Shown here piece by piece: positions 1 to 9,159 of a DNA stretch of 64,000 bases. A program made the translations under genes and the position numbers. Source of the stretch: Candidatus Hadarchaeota archaeon (GTDB lineage Archaea; Hadarchaeota; Hadarchaeia; Hadarchaeales; JAGGTB01); contig CAYNPN010000004.1 of assembly GCA_964399085.1 (NCBI GenBank), positions 15,680 to 79,679 on the forward strand. Reading direction: 5' to 3'. Under the pieces are notes generated by a model. The model saw only the letters and a program-made list of their open reading frames with translations, was not told the origin of the DNA and ran no database searches. Within the stretch, counting starts at the first letter, position 1. Every line of letters starts with the position of its first letter.

Positions 1-905
1 CTATAGTAGAAGGTTATATCGACGTTTTCGTACCCTCTGTTGTCGATAGAGGCATGAAGGGTGGGCTTTGGACCCAACAAGTGGCTTTTGTCTTTGTATG
101 TGACATTTCCGGTGGTCACTCGAGCATTTTCAGGGTAAGTGCTGAATGATAGGATCTTACCATTGTCCGATTGTGAGGCTCCTTCAAAGTTATTTTTGGG
201 TAATCTGACACTGGCTTTGAATTCATATTTTGTGTATGCGCTGAGATTTTCTATAGTGTTTTCGTAATCAGAGGAGGTAGTATTTTCCCAGCTAGTTTTA
301 TTGTCAAATGGTTTTTCGACCGGAGCGTTTTCGTAAAAGAACCTTGCTTCGACCTTGTCGTATCCGGCGAGATCTATCGAGGCATGAAGCGTGGCTGAGA
401 TCTTTTTGGTATTTTCGGCATCCTGAGTGGTGACCGAAAGATCGGCGTCAGTTACCTCAAACAGATCCTCTTTTTTCCTTCTTTCCTTGTGATTTTCCTC
501 GTCGATAGCTGTGATTCTTACCTCAGCTTGACCTAGTTTGAATTTATTATCAGGATTGAATACGTAAGAATATGTACTTATATCTCCTCCGTTATCTACC
601 GCTTCGACATCACCTTCCAGGTTATCATATTTCTCCCGAAAATTCTCAGAATTATAAATCCCAATTTCCACGCTTTTTATATTTTTATACCCATTCTCAT
701 CTTGAACTTGGAAAGTTATTTCGACATTGTCCCCCCATGTGTTCACTAAATTATCATCCGCTCCAATGTACGTTATCTCCAGAGTATTATTTTCACTTGC
801 ATTTTCACTTGCAGCTACTGGGGTTGGAGCTATGGATATTAAGCCTAATATTGTGAGAACCGAGATTATTGAGATGAGACCAAAAGTGGAATAATCTTTC
901 CTCAT
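1..905 (-). CDS. Partial CDS running off the window start: membrane-anchored or secreted hypothetical protein with an N-terminal TM/signal segment and a large extracellular part
   Basis: Minus-strand ATG at 905-903 overlaps the TGA stop of the upstream ABC ATPase (ATGA coupling). The translation begins [35 protein letters not shown] and stays open to position 1. It is absent from the ORF track because no stop lies inside the window. Confidence 0.5.
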   Translation of the reverse strand, partial: MRKDYSTFGLISIISVLTILGLISIAPTPVAASENASENNTLEITYIGADDNLVNTWGDNVEITFQVQDENGYKNIKSVEIGIYNSENFREKYDNLEGDVEAVDNGGDISTYSYVFNPDNKFKLGQAEVRITAIDEENHKERRKKEDLFEVTDADLSVTTQDAENTKKISATLHASIDLAGYDKVEARFFYENAPVEKPFDNKTSWENTTSSDYENTIENLSAYTKYEFKASVRLPKNNFEGASQSDNGKILSFSTYPENARVTTGNVTYKDKSHLLGPKPTLHASIDNRGYENVDITFYY

Positions 906-1672
906 CAAGCTACCTCCTGGGCGATTTTCTCCCTATCGAACTCCGACTTGGAGGCTATTACTTCCCCATCCTTTAATTGGACTGCCCTTTTTGCCCATGC
1001 TGCTATATGATGTTCATGAGTGACCATTACGATTGTTCTGCCCTCCTGATGCAATTCCTCAAATATTTCCATAATACCTTCCCCGGTGTCCGTATCCAGA
1101 TTCCCGGTTGGCTCGTCGGCTAGGATTATGGCAGGATCAGCAATTAATGCACGGGCGATTGCTACCCTTTGCCGCTGCCCACCGCTCAATTCCGTGGGGA
1201 GGTGTTCCAACCTATCTCCTAATCCAACTTCCTCAAGTAATTTTTTTGCTCTTCTTTTTCTTTCATCCCCTCCGACGCTTTGAAAGCTAAGGGGCAATGC
1301 GACGTTTCTCAGGGCGGTCATTCTTGACAGAAGATTGAACTGCTGAAAAACGAAGCCGATCTTCTCTCCCCTTATTTCGGCGAGTTCCGATTCCGATAGT
1401 CCCGAGGTTTTAATTCCTTCGATTTTTACCTCTCCGGAAGTAGGCCTGAGCAGACATCCGATAATATGCATTAGGGTCGACTTTCCGCTTCCACTCGGAC
1501 CGGTGATTGAGGCGAACTCTCCTCGATTGATTGTCAAATCGACATTTTTTAGTGCCTTAACTTTGACTTCTTCGCCGTAGACCTTGCTTACATTTTCGAG
1601 TTCTAGGACTCCTTCTTCTCCCATGCTACTCATTGAATATGTTTTCTGGCTAGGTATAATAGTTTTTGGCAA
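905..1672 (-). CDS. ABC transporter ATP-binding protein (MacB/LolD-like)
   Basis: Walker [13 protein letters not shown] signature [15 protein letters not shown], Walker [13 protein letters not shown]-loop VTHEHH. Confidence 0.9.
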   Translation of the reverse strand: MPKTIIPSQKTYSMSSMGEEGVLELENVSKVYGEEVKVKALKNVDLTINRGEFASITGPSGSGKSTLMHIIGCLLRPTSGEVKIEGIKTSGLSESELAEIRGEKIGFVFQQFNLLSRMTALRNVALPLSFQSVGGDERKRRAKKLLEEVGLGDRLEHLPTELSGGQRQRVAIARALIADPAIILADEPTGNLDTDTGEGIMEIFEELHQEGRTIVMVTHEHHIAAWAKRAVQLKDGEVIASKSEFDREKIAQEVA

Positions 1673-1688
1673 TTGCCAATAATTTTAA

Positions 1689-2162
1689 ATGTTCGCGATT
1701 AGTATTGATATTCGAATCATGCCCCAAGAAGTATGCCTTAATTGTTGGTACTTGTGGAGACCCCGAAGCGATAGTCCCCGAGAATGTCCCAGATGTCATT
1801 CCAGGAAGATTACCACTTTGTCGGATGTGGTCGATGCAGTAGAGGCGGTTAGCCGGTGGCTTGAAAAGGATCCTCTAGTGGAATGCTTCATGGGCGACGA
1901 ACCCGATTTTGATGAATTGGAGCGTAGGTTCAAGGAGAGGGGCCAAAATCCGCTCGATTTGCTCGTTACACCCTTCAGGGCTATGCAGAGCGTGGCCGCT
2001 TTTCAAAAGGTCGTGGAAAACGCTCCCTTTTCTCCTAAAAAGAGGATGGACGCTAGGGAGATCATACTCGAAATTGCCGGAGAGTACCAGGAGAGGGGGG
2101 ATGAGAGGAGAATTGGTGATTTCGTCGAGAGATACATCGAAGAGATGAATGAGGAAGAATGA
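1689..2162 (+). CDS. Hypothetical protein with an N-terminal zinc-ribbon-like CxxC...CxxC motif
   Basis: ORF with CLNC...CPRC near the N-terminus. The true start may be the internal Met at about 1719. Confidence 0.45.
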   Translation: MFAISIDIRIMPQEVCLNCWYLWRPRSDSPRECPRCHSRKITTLSDVVDAVEAVSRWLEKDPLVECFMGDEPDFDELERRFKERGQNPLDLLVTPFRAMQSVAAFQKVVENAPFSPKKRMDAREIILEIAGEYQERGDERRIGDFVERYIEEMNEEE

Positions 2163-2262
2163 TTCTCATTTCTTACTTGCCATGAGATATATCCGGATTT
2201 TTGTAAATTCAAAGAGGAAAACTTAAAAGTTAGAGATATTGGATGATGAATGAGGTTTAAAG

Positions 2263-3420
2263 ATGAGAGAAGTTGCAATCGTAGGCCAAGGAATGAGTAA
2301 ATTTGGAGCCAGAGAGAATGCTTCAGGCAGGGAACTAGCTTTTGAGGCTTTTGAGGAAACAATGGAAGATGTAGATGCCACACGCGATGATATAGATTCG
2401 ATGGTCACTGCTTTCGGCGTTGATGAAACAAATCATTCGACTCAACCTTCATCCGAAGTTATTACTTACTTGGGCTTGAATCCCAAAGCCGATTTTAGGA
2501 CCGAGGCAGCCTGTGCCAGTGGCAGTGCAGCCGTCAGGAGCGGATATATGACAATAGCTTCGGGCCTAGCTGATGTAGTCCTTGTAACGGGAGTGGAGAA
2601 GTTAAACGAATTTCCGACACCCCACACGACCGAAGTCTTTGGAAAGGCCGGAGACACGATTTGGGAGTATCCTTACGGCACGACCTTTCCCGGTTATTAC
2701 GCCATGATGGCTACTGCTCATATGTCTAAGTACGGAACCACCCGAGAGCAACTTTCCGAGGTGGCGGTTAAGAACCATAAATATGCAACTATGAATAAGT
2801 ACGCTCACATGCCGAAGGAGATTTCGCTCGAGGATGCCGTCTCCGCTAACACCGTTGCCTACCCTCTTAATCTTTACGATTGCAGCCTAATCACCGACGG
2901 AGCGGCCTCGGTTCTGCTCGCTTCCGAAGAGAAGGCAAAGGAAATGACAGATACGCCCGTCTGGATTACCGGACTTGGTGGTGGGACTTCGACTTCTACT
3001 CAATTTACAAGGTCCGAACATACCTCCATTCGGGGAGCCAGAGTTGCCGCCGACAAAGCCTACAAAATGTCGGGTAGGGATCCAGAGGAAATCGATGTCG
3101 CGACAGTCCATGATTGCTTTACAATCGCCGAAATTATCGCCTACGAAGATCTCGGTTTCTGTGAGAAAGGCGAGGGAGGAGAGTTAGTCGAGGAAGGGGA
3201 AACCTATGCCGATGGAAAAATCCCGGTCAATCTGGATGGAGGTCTGAAGGCCAAAGGGCATCCAATCGGTGCGACGGGAGTATCCATGAGCGTCGAGATA
3301 GCGAAGCAGCTTCGAGGAGAAGCCGGAGAGAGGCAGGCAGAGGGTGCGGAGGTAGGCCTGACACATAATGTAGGAGGAAACGGACAGCACGTATTCGTTC
3401 ACATTTACGAGAGGAAATGA
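2263..3420 (+). CDS. Thiolase-like protein (archaeal SCP-x/acetyl-CoA C-acyltransferase type), copy 1
   Basis: MREVAIVGQGMSKFG start typical of the archaeal thiolase that partners with DUF35. It sits 4 nt upstream of a DUF35 gene. Confidence 0.85.
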   Translation: MREVAIVGQGMSKFGARENASGRELAFEAFEETMEDVDATRDDIDSMVTAFGVDETNHSTQPSSEVITYLGLNPKADFRTEAACASGSAAVRSGYMTIASGLADVVLVTGVEKLNEFPTPHTTEVFGKAGDTIWEYPYGTTFPGYYAMMATAHMSKYGTTREQLSEVAVKNHKYATMNKYAHMPKEISLEDAVSANTVAYPLNLYDCSLITDGAASVLLASEEKAKEMTDTPVWITGLGGGTSTSTQFTRSEHTSIRGARVAADKAYKMSGRDPEEIDVATVHDCFTIAEIIAYEDLGFCEKGEGGELVEEGETYADGKIPVNLDGGLKAKGHPIGATGVSMSVEIAKQLRGEAGERQAEGAEVGLTHNVGGNGQHVFVHIYERK

Positions 3421-3424
3421 TAGT

Positions 3425-3973
3425 ATGGGATTTGAACAATATACACTCGGGTTATCTCACTCCAAGATTGGTGATAAATTCATAGAATATCTGGATGAAG
3501 GAGTGATTCCGGCCACGAAATGCAGTGAATGCGGAGAGAAGTTCTTCCCACCTAAGGCAGACTGTGAAAAATGTATGAGTTCGGATATGGAATGGATGGG
3601 ACTGGATGTTACTACGGGGGAACTCCTAGCTTTTACGAAGATATATGTCCCTGGAGAGCACTTCTCCAATTTTAATACCCTCTCCCCCGAAGGATATAAA
3701 CCGATTCCTATTGGGATTCTCAGGTTGGAGGAAGAGGAAGTGAATCTGATGGGGTGGATTCCGGATCTCGATGAATCCGATATTGAGGTAGGAATGGAAT
3801 TGGAAGCGGAGGCCAAAAAGGTCGATGCCGAGAGGCTTACACTCCCTTTAGTGAGAAAATTGAATATCACTCCAGACCTAGACACCGACAATTTAGAGAT
3901 GGAGATCCCGGATGATCTTGACGAGGATAAAATTCCATCGGATTACTATACTATTGTTCTAGAAAAGCCTTAG
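3425..3973 (+). CDS. DUF35 OB-fold/zinc-ribbon protein (thiolase partner), copy 1
   Basis: CSECGEKFFPPKADCEKC rubredoxin-like zinc ribbon, immediately downstream of the thiolase. Confidence 0.8.
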   Translation: MGFEQYTLGLSHSKIGDKFIEYLDEGVIPATKCSECGEKFFPPKADCEKCMSSDMEWMGLDVTTGELLAFTKIYVPGEHFSNFNTLSPEGYKPIPIGILRLEEEEVNLMGWIPDLDESDIEVGMELEAEAKKVDAERLTLPLVRKLNITPDLDTDNLEMEIPDDLDEDKIPSDYYTIVLEKP

Positions 3974-4109
3974 ATTTTAGCGGAAGTCCCTCTTTGGTAA
4001 TTCTTTTTCAGGGATATTTTGGAGGAAGGTTTCTAGTTAGATAGCCTGATTTGATAACTTTTGCAAAAGATAATATTGAAAACTTGAATACTTTCTAAAG
4101 GGTGTTTTA

Positions 4110-4841
4110 GTGGGTAGTTTCATAGAGAAGCTGGACAGGGTCCTCTTCCCATTTCTCGGTTTCCGATGGATTTGGATTTCAATTCTAACTTTCTGTGTTC
4201 CGAGTCTTCTAATTCATATCTTCCTATGGCCATCATCCAATATTTTACTCTCCTTATCTGCGAACAATCCTTTGGGTATTTTCACCGCACCCTTCGTTCA
4301 CAAAGATTTAACTCATTTCATTAACAATCTCACACTTTTTTTGTCGTTCACCTTCTTTTTCGTGACCGCGAATCTGTCCAGGGAATTTGAGAGGAGGAGA
4401 TATATATCAAGGGTCTTCTTCGGAATTGTTTTCCTTTCGGGGACATTTATTTCCGGCCCAGCGGAGTTGATTTATCGGAACTTTGTCGGCGAGGCGGTCA
4501 GAGTAATGGGATCTTCGGGCATAGTCTACGCTGCGTTGGGTGTTCTCCTTATTTCTTGCTTGATTAAATTGTTCTTCAGACACGGTCAGCGGGTGAAGGA
4601 GCTTCTCAGCGACGAATTGTCTCCAGCAAGGCCCGGTGGGAGGTTGTTATTTTACGTCGATTTTTCCTTTAATTTGGCTATTGTCTGCGTGGTAATCTTA
4701 TGGGTCTTCAGCCCCGATTTTCTGGGTGTCGGATCGAATATAGGAAAGGTCGCCCACGCGTCCGGGTTTTTGGCCGGCTTTGGTGCTTCGTTTTTCCTAT
4801 TTTTGGATTTTTCCAAACTCAAAGATTTAGCTGAAGACTAG
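4110..4841 (+). CDS. Rhomboid-family intramembrane serine protease-like membrane protein
   Basis: Multi-TM hydrophobic protein with a GSSGIVYAALG (GxSG) serine motif and a later AHASGFLAGFG (AHxxGxxxG) histidine motif in TM segments. Confidence 0.65.
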   Translation: MGSFIEKLDRVLFPFLGFRWIWISILTFCVPSLLIHIFLWPSSNILLSLSANNPLGIFTAPFVHKDLTHFINNLTLFLSFTFFFVTANLSREFERRRYISRVFFGIVFLSGTFISGPAELIYRNFVGEAVRVMGSSGIVYAALGVLLISCLIKLFFRHGQRVKELLSDELSPARPGGRLLFYVDFSFNLAIVCVVILWVFSPDFLGVGSNIGKVAHASGFLAGFGASFFLFLDFSKLKDLAED

Positions 4842-5338
4842 CTTGGAGACTAGAAAGTAAATAAGCGATTCTATGCAGATGATGCTATCGGAGAAATCCG
4901 TTCTTATCCTCGCCAGGATACTCTGAAGCAACCGCCTTCTAATTCTCCACAATCCGAACAACTGGATGTGCAGTGTTCTCCGATTTCTCTACCAAATCGT
5001 TCCGACCATTCTACGTTTCCCATTTTTTACCACTCTACCTCCAGGTATGTACTTCCCCTTTAGTTAAAAGTCTTTCGATTAAATTTAACTCTTATACAAT
5101 TTTTTGGACAATAAATTTAACATTTTGTTAATTGATATTTCGGGAAGAGATAATTTTTGCTTTTTTAACCTTGACATGCGATGTTACATTCCTCTTGGAG
5201 ATGTTGTCAATGGTCAAGAAGGGAGAGTGTAATGGCTCTTACTCCACCCCTATTTTTTGAGTTGTTGTATATATAACAAATAAGTAATAATAAATAATAA
5301 AGACTAAAAGTAATCCAAATTCGAGATGAGGAGTACAT

Positions 5339-5770
5339 ATGACTCAGAATGAAAAAGGCATTGGAACCTTGGGTATAATTGTAGTGGTAGTTCTGACAGT
5401 TCTAGGGGTAGCCGGGGCCATTTTTATTCTCGGAAACGATAGCCCGACCTCTAGAAAAGTAAATAGCAACCCAGTGGAGGAAGATTATAAACTAGATGGG
5501 GAAATCCAAACTTCTTCCGGAGAAACCTATCTTTCGACAACTTTCGAGGGTCCCGAGGATTCCTATAATGTCAAGCTTCTGAATCCCGAGGGCGTTAAGA
5601 CCGATGAAGAGGACATTCCGGAAAGCGATATGAGCGATGGAAAGGAAACAATTGAGCTTTCTATAACGTCCCAGGAGGATTCCCCTTCCGAAGGGACCTA
5701 CACAGTCCAAGTCTTCAAGAACGGTGAGTTAGTTTTTTCAAAAGACTTCGAGGTCACAATAACAAGCTGA
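5339..5770 (+). CDS. Hypothetical secreted/membrane-anchored protein
   Basis: N-terminal TM (IGTLGIIVVVVLTVLGVAGAIFIL) followed by an acidic S/T-rich domain. A GAGGAG RBS sits 6 nt upstream and an AT-rich TATA-like region lies further upstream. Confidence 0.5.
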   Translation: MTQNEKGIGTLGIIVVVVLTVLGVAGAIFILGNDSPTSRKVNSNPVEEDYKLDGEIQTSSGETYLSTTFEGPEDSYNVKLLNPEGVKTDEEDIPESDMSDGKETIELSITSQEDSPSEGTYTVQVFKNGELVFSKDFEVTITS

Positions 5771-5944
5771 TTTATCGAAAGTCGCTCGACTTCCCCGGAT
5801 GATTATGAGGTGCCGGATTTGAGAGCCTCTTATGCAACTTTGAGATTCAATACAGGGAGCTATAGCCTCTTGACAATTTTCTTTTAGAATTCATTTTCAG
5901 CCCGGCGATTTCTCGCAACTGTAGTTGAGGGAAATAAAAAGAGG

Positions 5945-6046
5945 CGCCCCGGCCGGGATTCGAACCCGGGTCATGGCCTCGACAGGGCCACATGATTGGC
6001 CCCACCAGTCTGTCGGCTGGTGGCTAAGCCCCTACACTACCGGGGC
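5945..6046 (-). tRNA. tRNA-Asp (anticodon GTC) with a probable non-canonical intron of about 26-29 nt in the D-arm region
   Basis: Minus-strand acceptor GCCCCGG/CCGGGGC. Anticodon arm TGGCC-CTGTCGA-GGCCA gives anticodon GTC. T-arm CCGGG-TTCGAAT-CCCGG. The acceptor-to-anticodon-stem distance is about 29 nt too long and contains the hairpin CCACCAG/CTGGTGG. Confidence 0.6.
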
Positions 6047-6135
6047 ACCAGTTTTAGAGATAGTAGAGGTTCTTAATAGGTTTTTTAGAATTCCATTATA
6101 AGTTCCGTGCTTTTGTCTTTGAAATGGGAGTAAAA

Positions 6136-6258
6136 GGCTGGCAGCGTCCCGGGTCTCCCCTGAGCTCTCGCACCAGAGTACCTCCCGGATCGCTGGCGGG
6201 CTTAACTTCCGGGTTCGGAACGGGTCCGGGTGTAACCCCGCCGCTGTGGCCGCCAGCC
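6136..6258 (-). rRNA. 5S ribosomal RNA
   Basis: Minus-strand sequence GGCTGGCGGCCACAGCGGCGGGGTTACACCCGGACCCGTTCCGAACCCGGAAGTTAAGCCCGCCAGCGATCC...GCTGCCAGCC matches the archaeal 5S consensus (CCGAACCCGGAAGTTAAGC core, paired termini). Confidence 0.85.
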
Positions 6259-6299
6259 AACAGTATTGATGGGGAGCTCAGTTAAAAGTTTAAAGTGAA

Positions 6300-6401
6300 T
6301 CCCGCGGGCCCGACTTGAACGGGCAACCGGTCGGTCTTTGGCCCATACGTCGAATCGACGCATGTACAGCCGACCGCTCTGCCAATTGAGCTACCGCGGG
6401 A
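6300..6401 (-). tRNA. tRNA-Tyr (anticodon GTA) with a canonical-position intron
   Basis: Acceptor TCCCGCG/CGCGGGA, D-arm GCTC-AATTGGCA-GAGC, anticodon stem GTCGG with loop CTGTAC, then about 28 nt of intron before the 3-prime stem CCGAC. T-arm GCCCG-TTCAAGT-CGGGC. Confidence 0.7.
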
Positions 6402-6461
6402 CTAGTATTTTCTCCGGCTGTATTCTCTTTTAATATTTGGGTGGGTAGAAAAAATTAACCT

Positions 6462-7619
6462 TTGTTCCGGATAAATACTCATGTGGGAAAAATGAAGAGG
6501 GCCGGAGCTAGCAAGCTTCCACTCCACGGAGGAAAGGCACCACCCTGGCTAGTCGACAGGATGAAGAAGCTCGCAGAGCCCATCGTCAAGATAATTGTGA
6601 GGGAGTACGGCCGCGACGAGTTCCTGAGGAGGCTCTCCGACCCCTACTGGTTCCAGTCGCTGGGCTGCGTCCTAGGCTTCGATTGGCATTCATCGGGCCT
6701 GACCACCGTGACTACGGGAGTACTGAAGGACGCAATCGACCCGGAGGAGATAGGAATCTCCGTCGCCGGCGGGAAGGGCAAGGCCTCGACGAAGGCGCCG
6801 GACGAGATAGGGGAATTTTCCGAGAAGATGGGGCTGACTTACGGCGAGACCAGGGACCTGACCCGTGCCAGCAAGCTCAGCGCGAAGGTGGACAACGTGG
6901 CGATTCAGGCCGGAGCACCCCTCTACCATCATGCCTTCTTCGCCTCCGAGGACGGAGAGTGGACCGTCGTCCAGCAGGGACTCGATTCCGAGGAGGGGGT
7001 CGCCAGGAGGTACCACTGGGTCTCCGAGGGAGTGCATGGCTTCGTGAACGAGCCCCACGAGGCCATTCTGGCCGAGGAGAAGAGGGATTCCGTCCTCGAC
7101 ATGACGGCCGAGGCCAGCGGAGCCTGCCGAAAGGCCTCCACGGATTTGGTCAAGGACGACCCTCAGCACATCCAGAGGGAGTTTGAATCGCTGCTTCCCG
7201 AGGAGCAGAAGAGTCTTCTGGACTGGGTGCCCGGGGAGAAGAGGAAGTGCCGTTCGATTAAGTACCTCTCCATGCCTAAGCGAATGAACTGGTCCGCGTT
7301 GGAAAAGGCTTACGAGGTGCAGCCCGATAACTACGAGGAGCTGATAGAGATAGAGGGGATCGGTCCCGCCACCGCCAGAGGCCTCTCGATGGTTTCCGAG
7401 ATTATTTACGGGGAGCCGGCCAGCTTCGAGGATCCGGCAAAATTCTCCTACGCGTTCGGAGGTAAGGACGGGGTCCCATATCCTGTCAACAAAGGTGCTA
7501 TGGACAAGGCCTACAAGACCCTGAAGTCGGCCATCGAAGAGGCGGAGATTGGAAAGAAGGAGAAGTTGAAGGCTATCGAGAGGCTGGAGGATTTCTCCGG
7601 CCATGAAGAGAAAGAATAG
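6462..7619 (+). CDS. Conserved hypothetical protein (possibly DUF763-like), in a GC-rich gene
   Basis: 385-aa ORF with protein-like composition. The long antisense ORF 6690-7604 is Arg/Gly/Leu-rich, as expected for the non-coding strand of GC-rich DNA. GC is about 60% against about 45% for neighbours. Confidence 0.55.
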   Translation: MFRINTHVGKMKRAGASKLPLHGGKAPPWLVDRMKKLAEPIVKIIVREYGRDEFLRRLSDPYWFQSLGCVLGFDWHSSGLTTVTTGVLKDAIDPEEIGISVAGGKGKASTKAPDEIGEFSEKMGLTYGETRDLTRASKLSAKVDNVAIQAGAPLYHHAFFASEDGEWTVVQQGLDSEEGVARRYHWVSEGVHGFVNEPHEAILAEEKRDSVLDMTAEASGACRKASTDLVKDDPQHIQREFESLLPEEQKSLLDWVPGEKRKCRSIKYLSMPKRMNWSALEKAYEVQPDNYEELIEIEGIGPATARGLSMVSEIIYGEPASFEDPAKFSYAFGGKDGVPYPVNKGAMDKAYKTLKSAIEEAEIGKKEKLKAIERLEDFSGHEEKE

Positions 7620-7814
7620 TATTTACCGGTAAGAATAGCCTCTAATTTTTTGCCTAATGTTTTTGGAGTTCGCACCCCTGCGAACTATTTTCCCCATAAA
7701 AGCCCCTTTCGCCCAATGAGTTCGCGGGGGAGCGAACAAAAACGACATTTGACTGATTTTCCGAATTCATAAGCAGGCGCGGCCGGATGAAGTTGCTAGA
7801 GATTAGAATGATTC

Positions 7815-8252
7815 TTACAATTGAAACCTTACAACGAACTTATTTTCAATTTGATTTTCCCATGGTCTTATATAGTGCATGACAAATTTTCCGCTCTTCG
7901 TAATTTTGAATTTTAACTTCCTCAGTCCTCCCCCTCCAGGCACATTTTCAGAATTGATGTATTCGTTTTCTAACAGATTCATTGAGTTCTTTCCCTCAGC
8001 TATCTTCCACCTGTATCCAGTGGAGGGGTTCTCTGGAAGCTCAACAAAAATTTCGGTCTCATCGGTCACTTGAAAAGTTTTGCCGTTGTCCTCGGGACCC
8101 AGAGTGACCTGCTCCAGATTCTTTTCGCTGTCGCTTTTGAGTAAAATCCAGGACCCCAGAATAACGATGATTAGGACGATTACGACAGCCAGAATTTTTT
8201 TTCCCGATTTATCAAATAAATTCAAAGTTCTTAAACACCTGAAAGACTTCAA
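7815..8252 (-). CDS. Chagasin-family (I42) cysteine-protease inhibitor-like protein with an N-terminal membrane anchor
   Basis: Conserved chagasin motif NPxTGYxW, present as ENPSTGYRWKI. Size about 120 aa after the TM segment. Confidence 0.7.
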   Translation of the reverse strand: MKSFRCLRTLNLFDKSGKKILAVVIVLIIVILGSWILLKSDSEKNLEQVTLGPEDNGKTFQVTDETEIFVELPENPSTGYRWKIAEGKNSMNLLENEYINSENVPGGGGLRKLKFKITKSGKFVMHYIRPWENQIENKFVVRFQL

Positions 8253-8307
8253 TTATAATTCTTTACCATCTCTTGAGTTAAAGGAGATATTCTTTTTACA
8301 AATTTTC

Positions 8308-9159
8308 TCACTCGGATATATCCAACTTTATGTCCAGTGCTGGGGCTTGCATGGTCATATAGCTCGACGATATGATGTCCACCCCCGTGGCCGCGTACTT
8401 CCTCACGTTGGACAAGTCTATCCCACCCGAGGATTCGATGGTAAGGCCGTCCCGTAGGCCCTCCCCCTCTATGGCCTCGATGGCTTCCCTTGCCTCCTCC
8501 ACCCCGAAATTGTCAAGCATGACGATGTCGGCCCCGGCTTCGGCCGCGGAAATGGCCTCTTCCTTGCTGGTCACCTCGACCTCCACCTTGTCCGAAAGAT
8601 CGGCTTCTCTGGCCCTCTTCACGGCCTCCGAAACAGATCCGTCGAGCTTCAGATGATTGTCCTTTATCAGAACGAAATCTCCGAGATGGTACCTATGCGG
8701 TTCCCCTCCCACTACCTTTACGGCCCTCTTGTCGAATTTCCTCATCAGAGGCACTGTCTTCCTCGTCGCGGCAATCTTGACGTCCGGATTTACTTCCTCG
8801 GCCTTTTCCATCATTTCCTTGGTGGCGGTCGCTATCCCGCTCATTCTCGATATAAGATTTAGCGCGACCCTCTCGGCGGCAAGTATTCCATGTGCGACCC
8901 CGATTACTTCGGCCAGAACGTCGCCACTATCGACTTTTTCTCCATCGGATACCCTGCTCCTCATGTCGACGTCCAGTTCCTCGAAGATAAGTAAGGTTTC
9001 CGGAATGCCTGCAACATAACCACTTTCCCCGGCGATAATTTCGCCCTCGGTTTCGACATCCTCGTCTATCACCGATTCCGTGGTGACGTCCCCCATGCCG
9101 AGGTCTTCCTCGATCATCCTTCTGATATCCGCTCTTACTTCCGAATCCATAATCGGCAC
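8308..9159 (-). CDS. nadC: Nicotinate-nucleotide pyrophosphorylase (quinolinate phosphoribosyltransferase)
   Basis: Typical NadC length and motifs (IAATRKT, LLDNF-like, GGI). Directly downstream of nadA. Confidence 0.9.
   Translation of the reverse strand: MPIMDSEVRADIRRMIEEDLGMGDVTTESVIDEDVETEGEIIAGESGYVAGIPETLLIFEELDVDMRSRVSDGEKVDSGDVLAEVIGVAHGILAAERVALNLISRMSGIATATKEMMEKAEEVNPDVKIAATRKTVPLMRKFDKRAVKVVGGEPHRYHLGDFVLIKDNHLKLDGSVSEAVKRAREADLSDKVEVEVTSKEEAISAAEAGADIVMLDNFGVEEAREAIEAIEGEGLRDGLTIESSGGIDLSNVRKYAATGVDIISSSYMTMQAPALDIKLDISE

Noticed and set aside
6690-7604. 304-aa minus-strand ORF antisense to 6462-7619
   Set aside because: Arg/Gly/Leu/Pro-rich composition typical of the non-coding strand of GC-rich DNA. 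The plus-strand ORF has normal protein composition and a plausible start.
8372-9019. Plus-strand ORFs antisense to nadC
   Set aside because: Ser/Ala/Thr-rich low-complexity translations opposite a confidently assigned gene.
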